DNA from: an uncultured Bifidobacterium sp.
Lineage (GTDB): Bacteria; Verrucomicrobiota; Verrucomicrobiia; Limisphaerales; JADLHS01
Assembly (NCBI GenBank): GCA_964561105.1
Contig: CAZLOH010000023.1
Coordinates: 14,025-78,024, forward strand
DNA length: 64,000 nucleotides
Reading direction: 5' to 3'
Below are positions 18,208 to 27,133 of the stretch, piece by piece. Both the position numbers and the translations under genes were made by a program. The notes under the pieces are model-generated. The model did not search any database, was not told the origin of the DNA, and saw only the letters and a program-made list of their open reading frames with translations. The first letter of the stretch is position 1; every line of letters begins with the position of its first letter.

Positions 18208-18467
18208 TCAAGCTGTGATGGTAATCGCGCGAGGATGGTTCATTACTTTCATCTCAAAATCAAGCATCCTCATGCTGGTTTGACCAACTCCATCCGTTTT
18301 CCGCGGCGGCCATTCCCGCTTCGATAAAAAAACTTCCGTGCATTTCCGCGCCCGTGGTCAAAAAGCTGCCCTGGTCATCAAGCCCGCAATCCATCCGGTC
18401 TGGCACGGTTTTGATTCCTTTGGTGGTGGTTGTCTGGCTGGCGACTAATGATGCGGTCTGGGAGAAT

Positions 18468-18911
18468 TCATCGCGGTGCAACTGGTGACGGTGCGGGCAC
18501 AAGTCCATGTTTAAGCAGGACCGTGTTCAACTTCTCAACATCGGGCGGCCCGCCGACATTCACGATGGTCGCCGCCTCTTCGAAGAAATCCGGGCCGAGG
18601 AGAGCCGGCGTAATGACGGCCAGTGCCTTCACCGCGGCCGGCTTCAGATTGTTGAATCCATGAACCGCTCCGCGCGGAATGAAGCAAGTTTGCCCCGGCC
18701 CGATGTCCACCGCCTTTCCCTCCACCGTGAACGTTAACACGCCTTCCACTCCGTAAATGGTTTCGTCGTATGCCTTGTGATAATGGGGCGCCGGCACCTT
18801 CGCTCCAACCGGCACTGTGAATTCAAACATCGCAACCGCGCCGTTCGTGTCGGCCGCTTCGAGCAGAAATCGGATGCCGATTTGCCCGACGCGGATGATT
18901 TCGGTTTTCAT
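18468..18911 (-). CDS. cupin-domain protein
   Basis: PHYHKAYDETIYGVEGVLTF...PRGAVHGFNN is a two-His/Glu cupin beta-barrel motif. Confidence 0.7.
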   Translation of the reverse strand: MKTEIIRVGQIGIRFLLEAADTNGAVAMFEFTVPVGAKVPAPHYHKAYDETIYGVEGVLTFTVEGKAVDIGPGQTCFIPRGAVHGFNNLKPAAVKALAVITPALLGPDFFEEAATIVNVGGPPDVEKLNTVLLKHGLVPAPSPVAPR

Positions 18912-18922
18912 CCCGGTTCTAC

Positions 18923-19393
18923 TCACTGGAGCGGCGGCCCGACGAACTCGATTCCATATTCCGCCGCGGTGGCCTTCAACGCCTGCAGGGCGTCGTTGGA
19001 TGGCAATCCGGCCGGCTTTGGCAGTTCCAGGCGTTCCGCCGGGCGGCCCATCGCACGCACGAATCGTTCAAAATCCCCGCGTCCGGTAATGGTCAGACAG
19101 CGGCCTCCCTGTGGCGATTCGACCCGGTAAGTGTGCGGCACGCTTTTCGGCGCGAGCACGATGGTGCCGGGGCCGGCCCGCTGTTCCTGGTCCTGGACCT
19201 TCAGACGGTACTCGCCGTCCAGGACGTGGAACAACTCATCCTCGGTGCGATGAAGATGAAAAGGCGGCGAAGAACCATACGGCATCCGATGCTCAAGGAC
19301 CGAGAGGCCATCCGTGCCTTCCGCAGTGGACACACGAATCGTGACCAGCGAGTCGAGAAACCAGAGTGGATTGGCTGAGTCAGGATTGGTCAT
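18923..19393 (-). CDS. cupin-domain protein
   Basis: PPFHLHRTEDELFHVLDGEYRL...PKSVPHTY cupin motifs. Confidence 0.7.
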   Translation of the reverse strand: MTNPDSANPLWFLDSLVTIRVSTAEGTDGLSVLEHRMPYGSSPPFHLHRTEDELFHVLDGEYRLKVQDQEQRAGPGTIVLAPKSVPHTYRVESPQGGRCLTITGRGDFERFVRAMGRPAERLELPKPAGLPSNDALQALKATAAEYGIEFVGPPLQ

Positions 19394-19417
19394 GCGTTTA
19401 CTCCGTCATGTTGGGCC

Positions 19418-19435
19418 TGATACAATCCTCCGTCA
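19418..19435. promoter_or_regulatory. 18-bp motif TGATACAATCCTCCGTCA upstream of the cupin operon
   Basis: Exact repeat of 18190-18207; lies ~25 bp upstream of the cupin start codon. Confidence 0.35.
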
Positions 19436-19597
19436 CCAGTATCTGCGCGTCGAGATAATTCTTGGGCACGCCGGGGGCGGTGACGGTTGGATGCGCACAT
19501 CCAGACTTTCACTGCCGGCGACAATGACAACAACGATTTGCACTTGATCCAACTACACGTCGGTCGGCTTCGAGACGGTCGTATTCGGTGACACCGC

Positions 19598-20824
19598 CTA
19601 CGCCTCGGCCCCGTCAAGTTCCGGCGCGCCGGGCGGCAGTGCGGCGACTCGTCGAGCATAGATTTCAATCCCGGGAAGCGCGGTCAAGCCATGGGCGAAA
19701 ATGCTGACCAACACGGTCATCATCACTGCGTGCTGGATGGTGGACTCCCCCGCGTGCCGGGACTGTTGCTCCAGATAAACCAGACCGAGCACGATGGAGG
19801 CGAGACCGCGCGGGCCGAACCAGCCCATAAACAGCACCGTCGCACGACAGAGGCGCGTGCCCATGAGCGCAACCGCCACCGGCAACATCCGCACGACGGT
19901 GAGACTGAGGATGGCGTAGAGCGCATGCTGCCAGTGGATTTCCGGCCACGCGCGGACCAGCAACTGGCCGAAGAGAAAGAAGACGGAAAGGTTGAACAAC
20001 TGACCCCACTCCTCGGTGAATTCGACGCTGTGGTGGGCGGCACCTTTGAAACCAACCTGCACCGCCAGGCCAGCCACAAAGGCCGCGATGAACATGCTGG
20101 CGCCGACGGCTTCAGAACCAAGCAGAGAGAGCAAAGGCAACGCCAGAACGCCAAGTTGTTGCCCCGATTGGGTCATCCACTTCCGACGCTGCGCCTCCCC
20201 AAGCAGCCAGCCGCCAACCAAGCCAAGACTCCCGCCGACGAAGACCCCAAAGCCCAATTGCTCCACGATGAATCGCGTCAGGCGGGCACGCTCGCCGTCC
20301 ACCCCACCCGCCAGCGCAATGAAAAACAACAGGAACGGCACGGATAAACCGTCGTTCAATCCGGCTTCCACGTTCAGCGCCTGGCGGATTTTCATCGGCA
20401 CCCGCGGACTGCTGACAATGACTTGCCCCAGTCCGGCATCAGTCGGCGCAAGAATGGCGGCGAGGATTCCGGCCTCCCAAATCGAGAGTTGCCGAAAAAC
20501 GAGGAGCGCGACAACCGCCCCCAATAAGAGAGTCAACAGCATACCCGTGCTCAAGAGGCGCACCGGCAGCGCACGAATATTTTTCAAGATACCCAAGCTC
20601 GTGCGACTGGCATCGGCAAAGAGGAGCAGGACCAATCCGATCTCAGCCATAACGAGAAAAATTTCCTGGCCGCCTTCCTGGAGTTTTCGTTCCGGCCACA
20701 CGAATGCCGCCGTCATTCCGGCAACGGTGAATAAGATCGGTGGCGTCACAACCGTTCGAGCCAACCTGCCGGAGATCAGGCTGTGCAGGAATACCACCGT
20801 GATGAAAATGGCGGTGAGGGTCAT
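19598..20824 (-). CDS. cation:proton (Na+/H+) antiporter, CPA1 family
   Basis: 408 aa polytopic protein with ...AILAPTDAGLGQVIV...NVEAGLNDGLSVPF..., typical of NhaP-type exchangers. Confidence 0.75.
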   Translation of the reverse strand: MTLTAIFITVVFLHSLISGRLARTVVTPPILFTVAGMTAAFVWPERKLQEGGQEIFLVMAEIGLVLLLFADASRTSLGILKNIRALPVRLLSTGMLLTLLLGAVVALLVFRQLSIWEAGILAAILAPTDAGLGQVIVSSPRVPMKIRQALNVEAGLNDGLSVPFLLFFIALAGGVDGERARLTRFIVEQLGFGVFVGGSLGLVGGWLLGEAQRRKWMTQSGQQLGVLALPLLSLLGSEAVGASMFIAAFVAGLAVQVGFKGAAHHSVEFTEEWGQLFNLSVFFLFGQLLVRAWPEIHWQHALYAILSLTVVRMLPVAVALMGTRLCRATVLFMGWFGPRGLASIVLGLVYLEQQSRHAGESTIQHAVMMTVLVSIFAHGLTALPGIEIYARRVAALPPGAPELDGAEA

Positions 20825-20999
20825 GCGTTAAAAATTCCCGGCGACAGCCACCACCCGCGCGAACCGGGCGTCTCCCAGCTTGAAGTGGCGAGTCGTCACA
20901 TCCACTCCTTTGTACACCAACCCCGCGGGAAAGCCACGCTCATTCGAGCGACGGACATTGGTTCGGAGCGGCCCGGGAACGGAGCGATCTCAAGCGGGA

Positions 21000-21503
21000 C
21001 TATTTCAAAATTAGTTCCAGATAGACGACGTCGAGCCAACGCCCGAACTTGAAACCGACCTGCTTCAGGCAGCCAACTTCCTGAAAGTGAAATTTCCGAT
21101 GCAGGGCGATGCTGGCGGTTTGTTCCGCGTCCGCGCCCGCGATGATGGCGTGATGACCAAGCTTCCGAGCGCGGCCAATCAACTCCTGCAGCAGCCGCGC
21201 GCCGACGCCGCGCCGGTGATGCTGCGGGTGGAGGTAGATGGAATCCTCCACCGTGCGCCGATATGCCGAGCGCGGGTGGTAGGGCGAAAGCGACCCCCAA
21301 CCGATCACCTGGCCATCCGTCTCGGCGACGATCACCGGATGCAACTCGCCGTGCCGCTCGAACCACTGTCGCCGGGCCTCAATCGCTTCCAGCTCCTCCT
21401 GATAGGTGCAGGTGGAATGTCGGACGTAATGGTTGTAAATGTCGTTGATGGCGACAAGATCGGCGGCGATGGCCGGGCGAATGGAAGTGATGCCGTTCTG
21501 CAT
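21000..21503 (-). CDS. GNAT family N-acetyltransferase (phosphinothricin-acetyltransferase-like)
   Basis: IRPAIAADLVAINDIYNHYV...QHHRRGVGARLLQELI is the acetyl-CoA binding motif (R/Q-x-x-G-x-G/A). Confidence 0.75.
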   Translation of the reverse strand: MQNGITSIRPAIAADLVAINDIYNHYVRHSTCTYQEELEAIEARRQWFERHGELHPVIVAETDGQVIGWGSLSPYHPRSAYRRTVEDSIYLHPQHHRRGVGARLLQELIGRARKLGHHAIIAGADAEQTASIALHRKFHFQEVGCLKQVGFKFGRWLDVVYLELILK

Positions 21504-21811
21504 AACGCGACCGGAGCTTAAACATCCACCCGCCTCCAGCAATCCGGCATTTTCCGTTGGCAACACGCCTCCACCCTCACTCGATGCGACAGGAGAGTAA
21601 TGAAGCTACGCTACTGTTTTTGCAATCCGTATGTCACCTGCCCACGTTCGTTTGTTCAACCGATTGCAATTGGTCACGACCAATTCTTCCGAGTTGCTTG
21701 GATGTGACCGGGCGATGTTCCGGCGTGCTTCCGACGTCCCGTCGGAAGTTTCCCGTTCCGTCGGAGCTGAAGGCGGTCACTAACGACAAGCCGCCGACAG
21801 CACGTTACGGC

Positions 21812-22723
21812 TCACGGCACCAGGACCTTCAATGCCTTTGGCATCACCACAAACTGCGCGGGTGTGTGGCCGATGATCTCGCCATCCGCCTGCACCTCAA
21901 TCGGTGGATTTGCTTCCACCGCGACCGAGCGGGCGTTGAAGTAACGCAGCTTCGGATGTGAAATGCGACCACCCCGGCTCATGCGCCAGATCAGCAGCGC
22001 CGCTGCGCGTCGGCTGACCGTCTCGGCCAGGTTCACGTCCAGCAGACCATCATCCATCCTGGCGCCGGGCGCCAGCCGCATGCCGCCGCCCGAAAGCTCG
22101 GCGTTGCTCGCGCACAGCAGGAGAAAACGGTTTTCCCAACTCTGTCCGTCACAGGTCACGCGCATTTGCGGCGCGCGATATTTCAAAATCGCCCGCAACG
22201 CGCCAACCGGATAGGCCAGCCGCGGGCCAAACACACGTTTCACGCGCAAGGTTACCTGCTTCAATACTTCACCAATGATGCCAACCGAGGCGTACAGCAA
22301 CGAATAGCGAGTGACAACCGCGTCCCGTTCGCGGCACTGGATGCGGATGACGTCAAGATTCTTTGCGCACGTGCCGTTCAGGGCAAGTCGAGCCTGTGCG
22401 AGGTTGCCGATGCCGCAGAGGGTGGCGGTGTCGTTGCCCGTGCCCACCGGCACGATGCCCAGGCGCGTGTCCGCAGCGCCAGACAACAGGATGCCGCTGG
22501 CCACTTCAAACACCAAGCCATCACCGCCCACCGCCACCACGGCGTCACATGCGGTGGCCAATCCTTGCGCCAGTCGAACTGCCGCTCCTGGTTGCGAGGT
22601 GAACTGAACATTTCCCGGTACGCCGCTCAGAGGGAAGCCCGCTTTGAACTTTTCCCACCGCGCCCGGCCGCGCCCGGCACCCGCAGCGGGATTGACGATG
22701 AATCCGATTCGGTCGCCGGTCAT
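21812..22723 (-). CDS. diacylglycerol-kinase-family lipid kinase (YegS/DagK-like)
   Basis: IGFIVNPAAGAGRG...AVVAVGGDGLVFEVA...IVPVGTGNDTA are DAGK catalytic-domain motifs. Confidence 0.8.
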   Translation of the reverse strand: MTGDRIGFIVNPAAGAGRGRARWEKFKAGFPLSGVPGNVQFTSQPGAAVRLAQGLATACDAVVAVGGDGLVFEVASGILLSGAADTRLGIVPVGTGNDTATLCGIGNLAQARLALNGTCAKNLDVIRIQCRERDAVVTRYSLLYASVGIIGEVLKQVTLRVKRVFGPRLAYPVGALRAILKYRAPQMRVTCDGQSWENRFLLLCASNAELSGGGMRLAPGARMDDGLLDVNLAETVSRRAAALLIWRMSRGGRISHPKLRYFNARSVAVEANPPIEVQADGEIIGHTPAQFVVMPKALKVLVP

Positions 22724-23142
22724 ACGCGCTTGAATCGGCTTCCGCTTGCGGCACATCGCCGCATTAGGTCATCCATCAGCTTCGCAATCGCTTGCGACTG
22801 ACCTCCAGATGGTAGGTGGTTGGAAACGGGATGGAACATTCACAGCGGAGTGTAGAAGCCCGGGCGAAACAGTCAACGAAGCGCGCCGTTTCGGGTGCGA
22901 CATCGCCTGCGCACTCGCTCGGCTTGGGGAAGTTGCAGCCCTCGCCGGCCCGTCATTTGCGATCTATGTCTCCGGAAGGGGAACTTGCTGTCCACGATGG
23001 ATTATGTTACGAAAGCAGTATTGCCTGGGGAAAACATCACCGCCGAAGTTTTCGCCAGTTGTTCGAAGATTGGATGCCGGGTGAAGCCCGGCTGGTTAGC
23101 CAGCTTCGAGCGCAGGTTCCGACCGGTTTTGATTACGTGAAC

Positions 23143-25713
23143 ATGACAGCCACCAGTAGAAGCTGGATCGGCCTGCTGACGGCAGGTTGGATGGGAGGAG
23201 TCTCGCCGACACTGGCGGCGACGCACGGCCGAGTTGACTTTCATAAAGACATTGAACCCATCATTCAGGAGTACTGCTATGATTGCCATGGAGACGGGAT
23301 GGACAAGGGACAGGTGGCCTTCGACACATTCAAATCGGACCCGGCCCGCCGCGCCGACCACGGGTTGTGGTGGAAGGCGTTGAAGAATTTGCGCGCGGAC
23401 ATGATGCCGCCGCACAAAAAACCCCAGCCGTCTCTCGAACAAAAGGCGTTGATCGCGCAGTGGATCAAATCCTCAGTCTTTGAGGCTGACCCCAAAAATC
23501 CCGATCCCGGGCGGGTCACGTTGCGCCGGCTCAATCGCGTCGAGTATGCCAACACCATCCGCGATCTCGTCGGTGTGGATTTTGATGCCGTGAACACCTT
23601 TCCACCCGACGACACAGGCGAAGGTTTCGACAACATCGCCGACGTGCTCACGCTGTCACCGATGTTGTTGGAGAAATACCTCGCGGCCGCGGAAAAGATC
23701 ATTTCCCAAGCGGTGCCGACCGAGTCGAAGATCATGCCCGAACAGGTTATCGCCCGGAAAAAATTCCGCGGTGACAACAGCGACTCCGACAGATCGAACC
23801 GGCGGGACGGGTCATTGACGCTATCGTTTTACTCACCCGCCGCCGTCTCGAACGTGTTCCGGGTGGAGCACGCGGGCCGGTACCAACTCAGCGTTGGGCT
23901 GGCCGTGCATGAGAAGTTCGCGGACAATGTAGCCGACTCCAACAAGTGCCGGCTGATTTTCAAGGTGGACGGTCAGGAGCGGATGCGAAAGGAATTCACC
24001 TGGCAAGATCGCAAACCCTATCACTTCAAAATGGAGCAAGATTGGTCGGCCGGAGGGCATGACCTGGCCTTCGAGCTGACGCCGCTGACGCCGAAGGAAA
24101 AACAAACCCGTGCGCTCAAAGTGCAAATCCGTTCGGTAACCGTGCGCGGACCGATGGACCAGCAATACTGGGTGCATCCCCGGAACTACACGAAATTTTT
24201 CCCGAAAGAACCGCCGGCGGAGGCGAAGGGTCGCCGCGCCTACGCGAACAAATTGCTCACGACATTCGCGGAGAAGGCGTTTCGTCGTCCAGTGGACGCC
24301 AAAACCGCGGATCGCCTGACCACCCTGGCCGAAAGCATCTATACCCAGCCAGGTAAAACCTTCGAAGCCGGTGTGGAGCAAGGCATGGTGGCGGTGCTGG
24401 CTTCGCCCCGGTTTCTGTTCCGCGAGGAAGCCATTGAACCGGGCGGCAGTGACGAACCTTATCCGTTGGTGGACGAATACGCCCTGGCCTCGCGACTGTC
24501 TTATTTCCTGTGGTCATCCATGCCCGACCAGGAACTATTCCGGTTGGCGCGCGAAGGCAAACTCAGGCAAAACCAATCCGCGCAGGTTGCCCGCATGTTG
24601 GCGGACCCGCGCTCCGAGGAACTGGTCCGAAACTTCACCGGCCAATGGCTGGAAGCGCGCGACGTCGAATCCCGTCCCATCGAGGCGCAAGCAGTACTCG
24701 CGCTGGAGGAGAAGCCCCACCCCGAAGCGGAACGTCAGCGGCGCCGGTTTCTGGAGTTGGTTAAAAAATCCGATGCCAGCCTGACGCCCGCCGAGAAGCA
24801 GGAACGCGAAGAACTGCGCGCGGCCCGCCGGCAACGACGGCAACAGCCGGCGCGCGCCGAGCTGACGTACGAAGTGCGGCAGGACATGCGCGAAGAAACC
24901 GAGGATTACTTCAATTATGTGTTGCGGGAGGACCGACCGCTGTCCGAACTGCTGGCCAGCGACTACACGTTCCTGAACGAACGGCTCGCCAAGTTTTATG
25001 ACATTCCGGGCGTGACCGGGGACAAAATGCGGCGCGTGACGCTCCCCGCCGGCAGCCCGCGCGGTGGGATTTTGACCCAAGGCACGATGCTGATCGTCAC
25101 GTCGAATCCCACACGCACTTCGCCCGTCAAGCGCGGGGTGTACATCCTCGACAACATCCTGGGGATGCCACCCGCGCCGCCACCACCCAACCTGCCGCCG
25201 CTGGAGGAAGCCGCCAAGGGTTTGACCAATCGTAATCCGTCGTTGCGCGAAACGCTCGCGGCGCATCGCGCGAGTCCATTGTGCAGTTCGTGTCACAACC
25301 GCATGGACCCTTTGGGCCTTGCGCTGGAAAATTTCAACGCGATGGGCATGTGGCGGGACACCGAACACGCGCAGCCCATAGACGCCTCCGGGCAGTTGAT
25401 CACCGGCGAATCCTTCACCAACGTGAATGAGTTCAAGCAAATCCTCGTCCAAAATCACGCAAAAGATTTTTACCGCACCCTGACCGAAAAGCTGCTAACC
25501 TATGCCTTGGGTCGGGGGCTGGATTACCATGACGTGGAGACGGTGGATCAAATTGTCGCCCGCCTCGAAGCGGCCCAGGGCCGGCCCTCGGCATTGTTGG
25601 CGGGGATTATTGAGTCCGCGCCGTTCCAGCGGACCCGGCGGAAGAACGATACGGAGACCAGTCAACCGATGCGCCGCCCGCAGCAAAGGGCGGAGGCGCG
25701 GATCAAGCACTGA
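23143..25713 (+). CDS. PSD1/DUF1549/DUF1553 (Planctomycete cytochrome-C-like) domain protein
   Basis: DYCYDCHGDGMDKGQVAFD (PSCyt motif) and the long DUF1549/DUF1553 architecture. It is immediately followed by a DUF1501 gene, the hallmark pairing in PVC bacteria. Confidence 0.8.
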   Translation: MTATSRSWIGLLTAGWMGGVSPTLAATHGRVDFHKDIEPIIQEYCYDCHGDGMDKGQVAFDTFKSDPARRADHGLWWKALKNLRADMMPPHKKPQPSLEQKALIAQWIKSSVFEADPKNPDPGRVTLRRLNRVEYANTIRDLVGVDFDAVNTFPPDDTGEGFDNIADVLTLSPMLLEKYLAAAEKIISQAVPTESKIMPEQVIARKKFRGDNSDSDRSNRRDGSLTLSFYSPAAVSNVFRVEHAGRYQLSVGLAVHEKFADNVADSNKCRLIFKVDGQERMRKEFTWQDRKPYHFKMEQDWSAGGHDLAFELTPLTPKEKQTRALKVQIRSVTVRGPMDQQYWVHPRNYTKFFPKEPPAEAKGRRAYANKLLTTFAEKAFRRPVDAKTADRLTTLAESIYTQPGKTFEAGVEQGMVAVLASPRFLFREEAIEPGGSDEPYPLVDEYALASRLSYFLWSSMPDQELFRLAREGKLRQNQSAQVARMLADPRSEELVRNFTGQWLEARDVESRPIEAQAVLALEEKPHPEAERQRRRFLELVKKSDASLTPAEKQEREELRAARRQRRQQPARAELTYEVRQDMREETEDYFNYVLREDRPLSELLASDYTFLNERLAKFYDIPGVTGDKMRRVTLPAGSPRGGILTQGTMLIVTSNPTRTSPVKRGVYILDNILGMPPAPPPPNLPPLEEAAKGLTNRNPSLRETLAAHRASPLCSSCHNRMDPLGLALENFNAMGMWRDTEHAQPIDASGQLITGESFTNVNEFKQILVQNHAKDFYRTLTEKLLTYALGRGLDYHDVETVDQIVARLEAAQGRPSALLAGIIESAPFQRTRRKNDTETSQPMRRPQQRAEARIKH

Positions 25714-25728
25714 ACTGAAGAACGAGCC

Positions 25729-27114
25729 ATGAAAAAAAATCACCACCAACGCGCAATCGGTTTCACCCGCCGCCATTTCCTACGCGGGCTGGGGGCCTGC
25801 GTGGCGTTGCCGGCCTTTGAATCGCTGTCTCCGGTTCGATTGCTCGCCGCCGGCGCCAAACCGACTCACTCACTGGCGACGACGGCCACGGGAGCGCCGT
25901 TGCGCACGGCCTTTATTTACTTTCCCAACGGCTCGATTCCGTCCGCTTGGTGGCCGGAGACCGATGGCACGGACTTCAAACTCAATCGCACGATGCAATC
26001 CCTGGCGCCGGTGCGACAACACCTGCAACTGCTGGGTGAGTTGCAACACTTGAACGCCACGGCCGGTCATGACGGCGGCGGCGATCATGCGCGCGCCAAT
26101 GGCACGTTCCTGACCGGGGTGCGCATGAGAAAGAGCGCCACGGACATTCATGCCGGGATTTCGATTGACCAGGTCATGGCGCGAAAACTCCAGGATACCA
26201 TGCGCTTTCCCTCCCTGGAATTGACGTGCGATGCCGGGCGCAACACCGGCGCGTGCGATTCCGGATATTCCTGCGCCTATCAATACAATATCGCCTGGAG
26301 TTCACCGACCACGCCCATGACGCCGGAGGCGAATCCGCGCCAGGTCTTCGAGCGACTCTTCGGCGCCGGCTCTCCCGGCGAACGGGCGGCTGATCTCCAG
26401 CGCCGCCGGCAGGAGCAGCGATCCATCCTGGACTTCATCGTCGAAGATGCGCGCGACATGCAGCGCCGGCTCAACGCGCGAGACAAGGACAAGCTGGACC
26501 AATACTTGACCGGCGTTCGCGAATTGGAGCAACGCATCCAGCAGGCCGAACGCATAGGCGAGGTTAAGGATCCCAATGTCGCGACTCCCGAAGGCATTCC
26601 GCAGAATTATGGCGAGCATATCCAGGTGATGTTTGAAATTCTCACCCTCGCGTTTCAGACCGATTCCACGCGCGTCGCCACCCTCTTGCTGGCCCATGAC
26701 GGGAGCAACAAATCCTTCGCCGAGATCGGAGTCCCGGAAGGCCACCACGACTTGTCCCATCATTCCGGCGATGAAGAGAAGATTCAGAAGTTAATGGAAA
26801 TTGATCAGTGGTATGTGGCGCAGTTCTCCAAATTCCTGCAAAAGCTGGAGACGCTCAAGGACGTGGACGGCCACTCCCTGTTGCACAATTCCATGCTGGT
26901 TTACGGCGGCGGCAATGCCGATGGCAACCGGCACACGCACTTCAACCTGCCCATCATCCTCGCGGGAAATGGCGGCGGCACGTTGACTCCCGGACGTTAC
27001 GTAAAACACGGAGCGGTACCGGCCACGAATCTTTTCCTCAGCATGGCGGACCGGATGGGGCTAACCGGCCTGGAACGCTTCGGCGATTCCACCGGACGGC
27101 TGGCGAACATTTAG
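25729..27114 (+). CDS. DUF1501 (sulfatase-like) protein with Tat signal
   Basis: RRHFLRGLGACVALPAF twin-arginine motif; conserved partner of DUF1549/DUF1553 proteins. Confidence 0.8.
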   Translation: MKKNHHQRAIGFTRRHFLRGLGACVALPAFESLSPVRLLAAGAKPTHSLATTATGAPLRTAFIYFPNGSIPSAWWPETDGTDFKLNRTMQSLAPVRQHLQLLGELQHLNATAGHDGGGDHARANGTFLTGVRMRKSATDIHAGISIDQVMARKLQDTMRFPSLELTCDAGRNTGACDSGYSCAYQYNIAWSSPTTPMTPEANPRQVFERLFGAGSPGERAADLQRRRQEQRSILDFIVEDARDMQRRLNARDKDKLDQYLTGVRELEQRIQQAERIGEVKDPNVATPEGIPQNYGEHIQVMFEILTLAFQTDSTRVATLLLAHDGSNKSFAEIGVPEGHHDLSHHSGDEEKIQKLMEIDQWYVAQFSKFLQKLETLKDVDGHSLLHNSMLVYGGGNADGNRHTHFNLPIILAGNGGGTLTPGRYVKHGAVPATNLFLSMADRMGLTGLERFGDSTGRLANI

Positions 27115-27133
27115 CCTCGGCTCGCGCTCCGCA

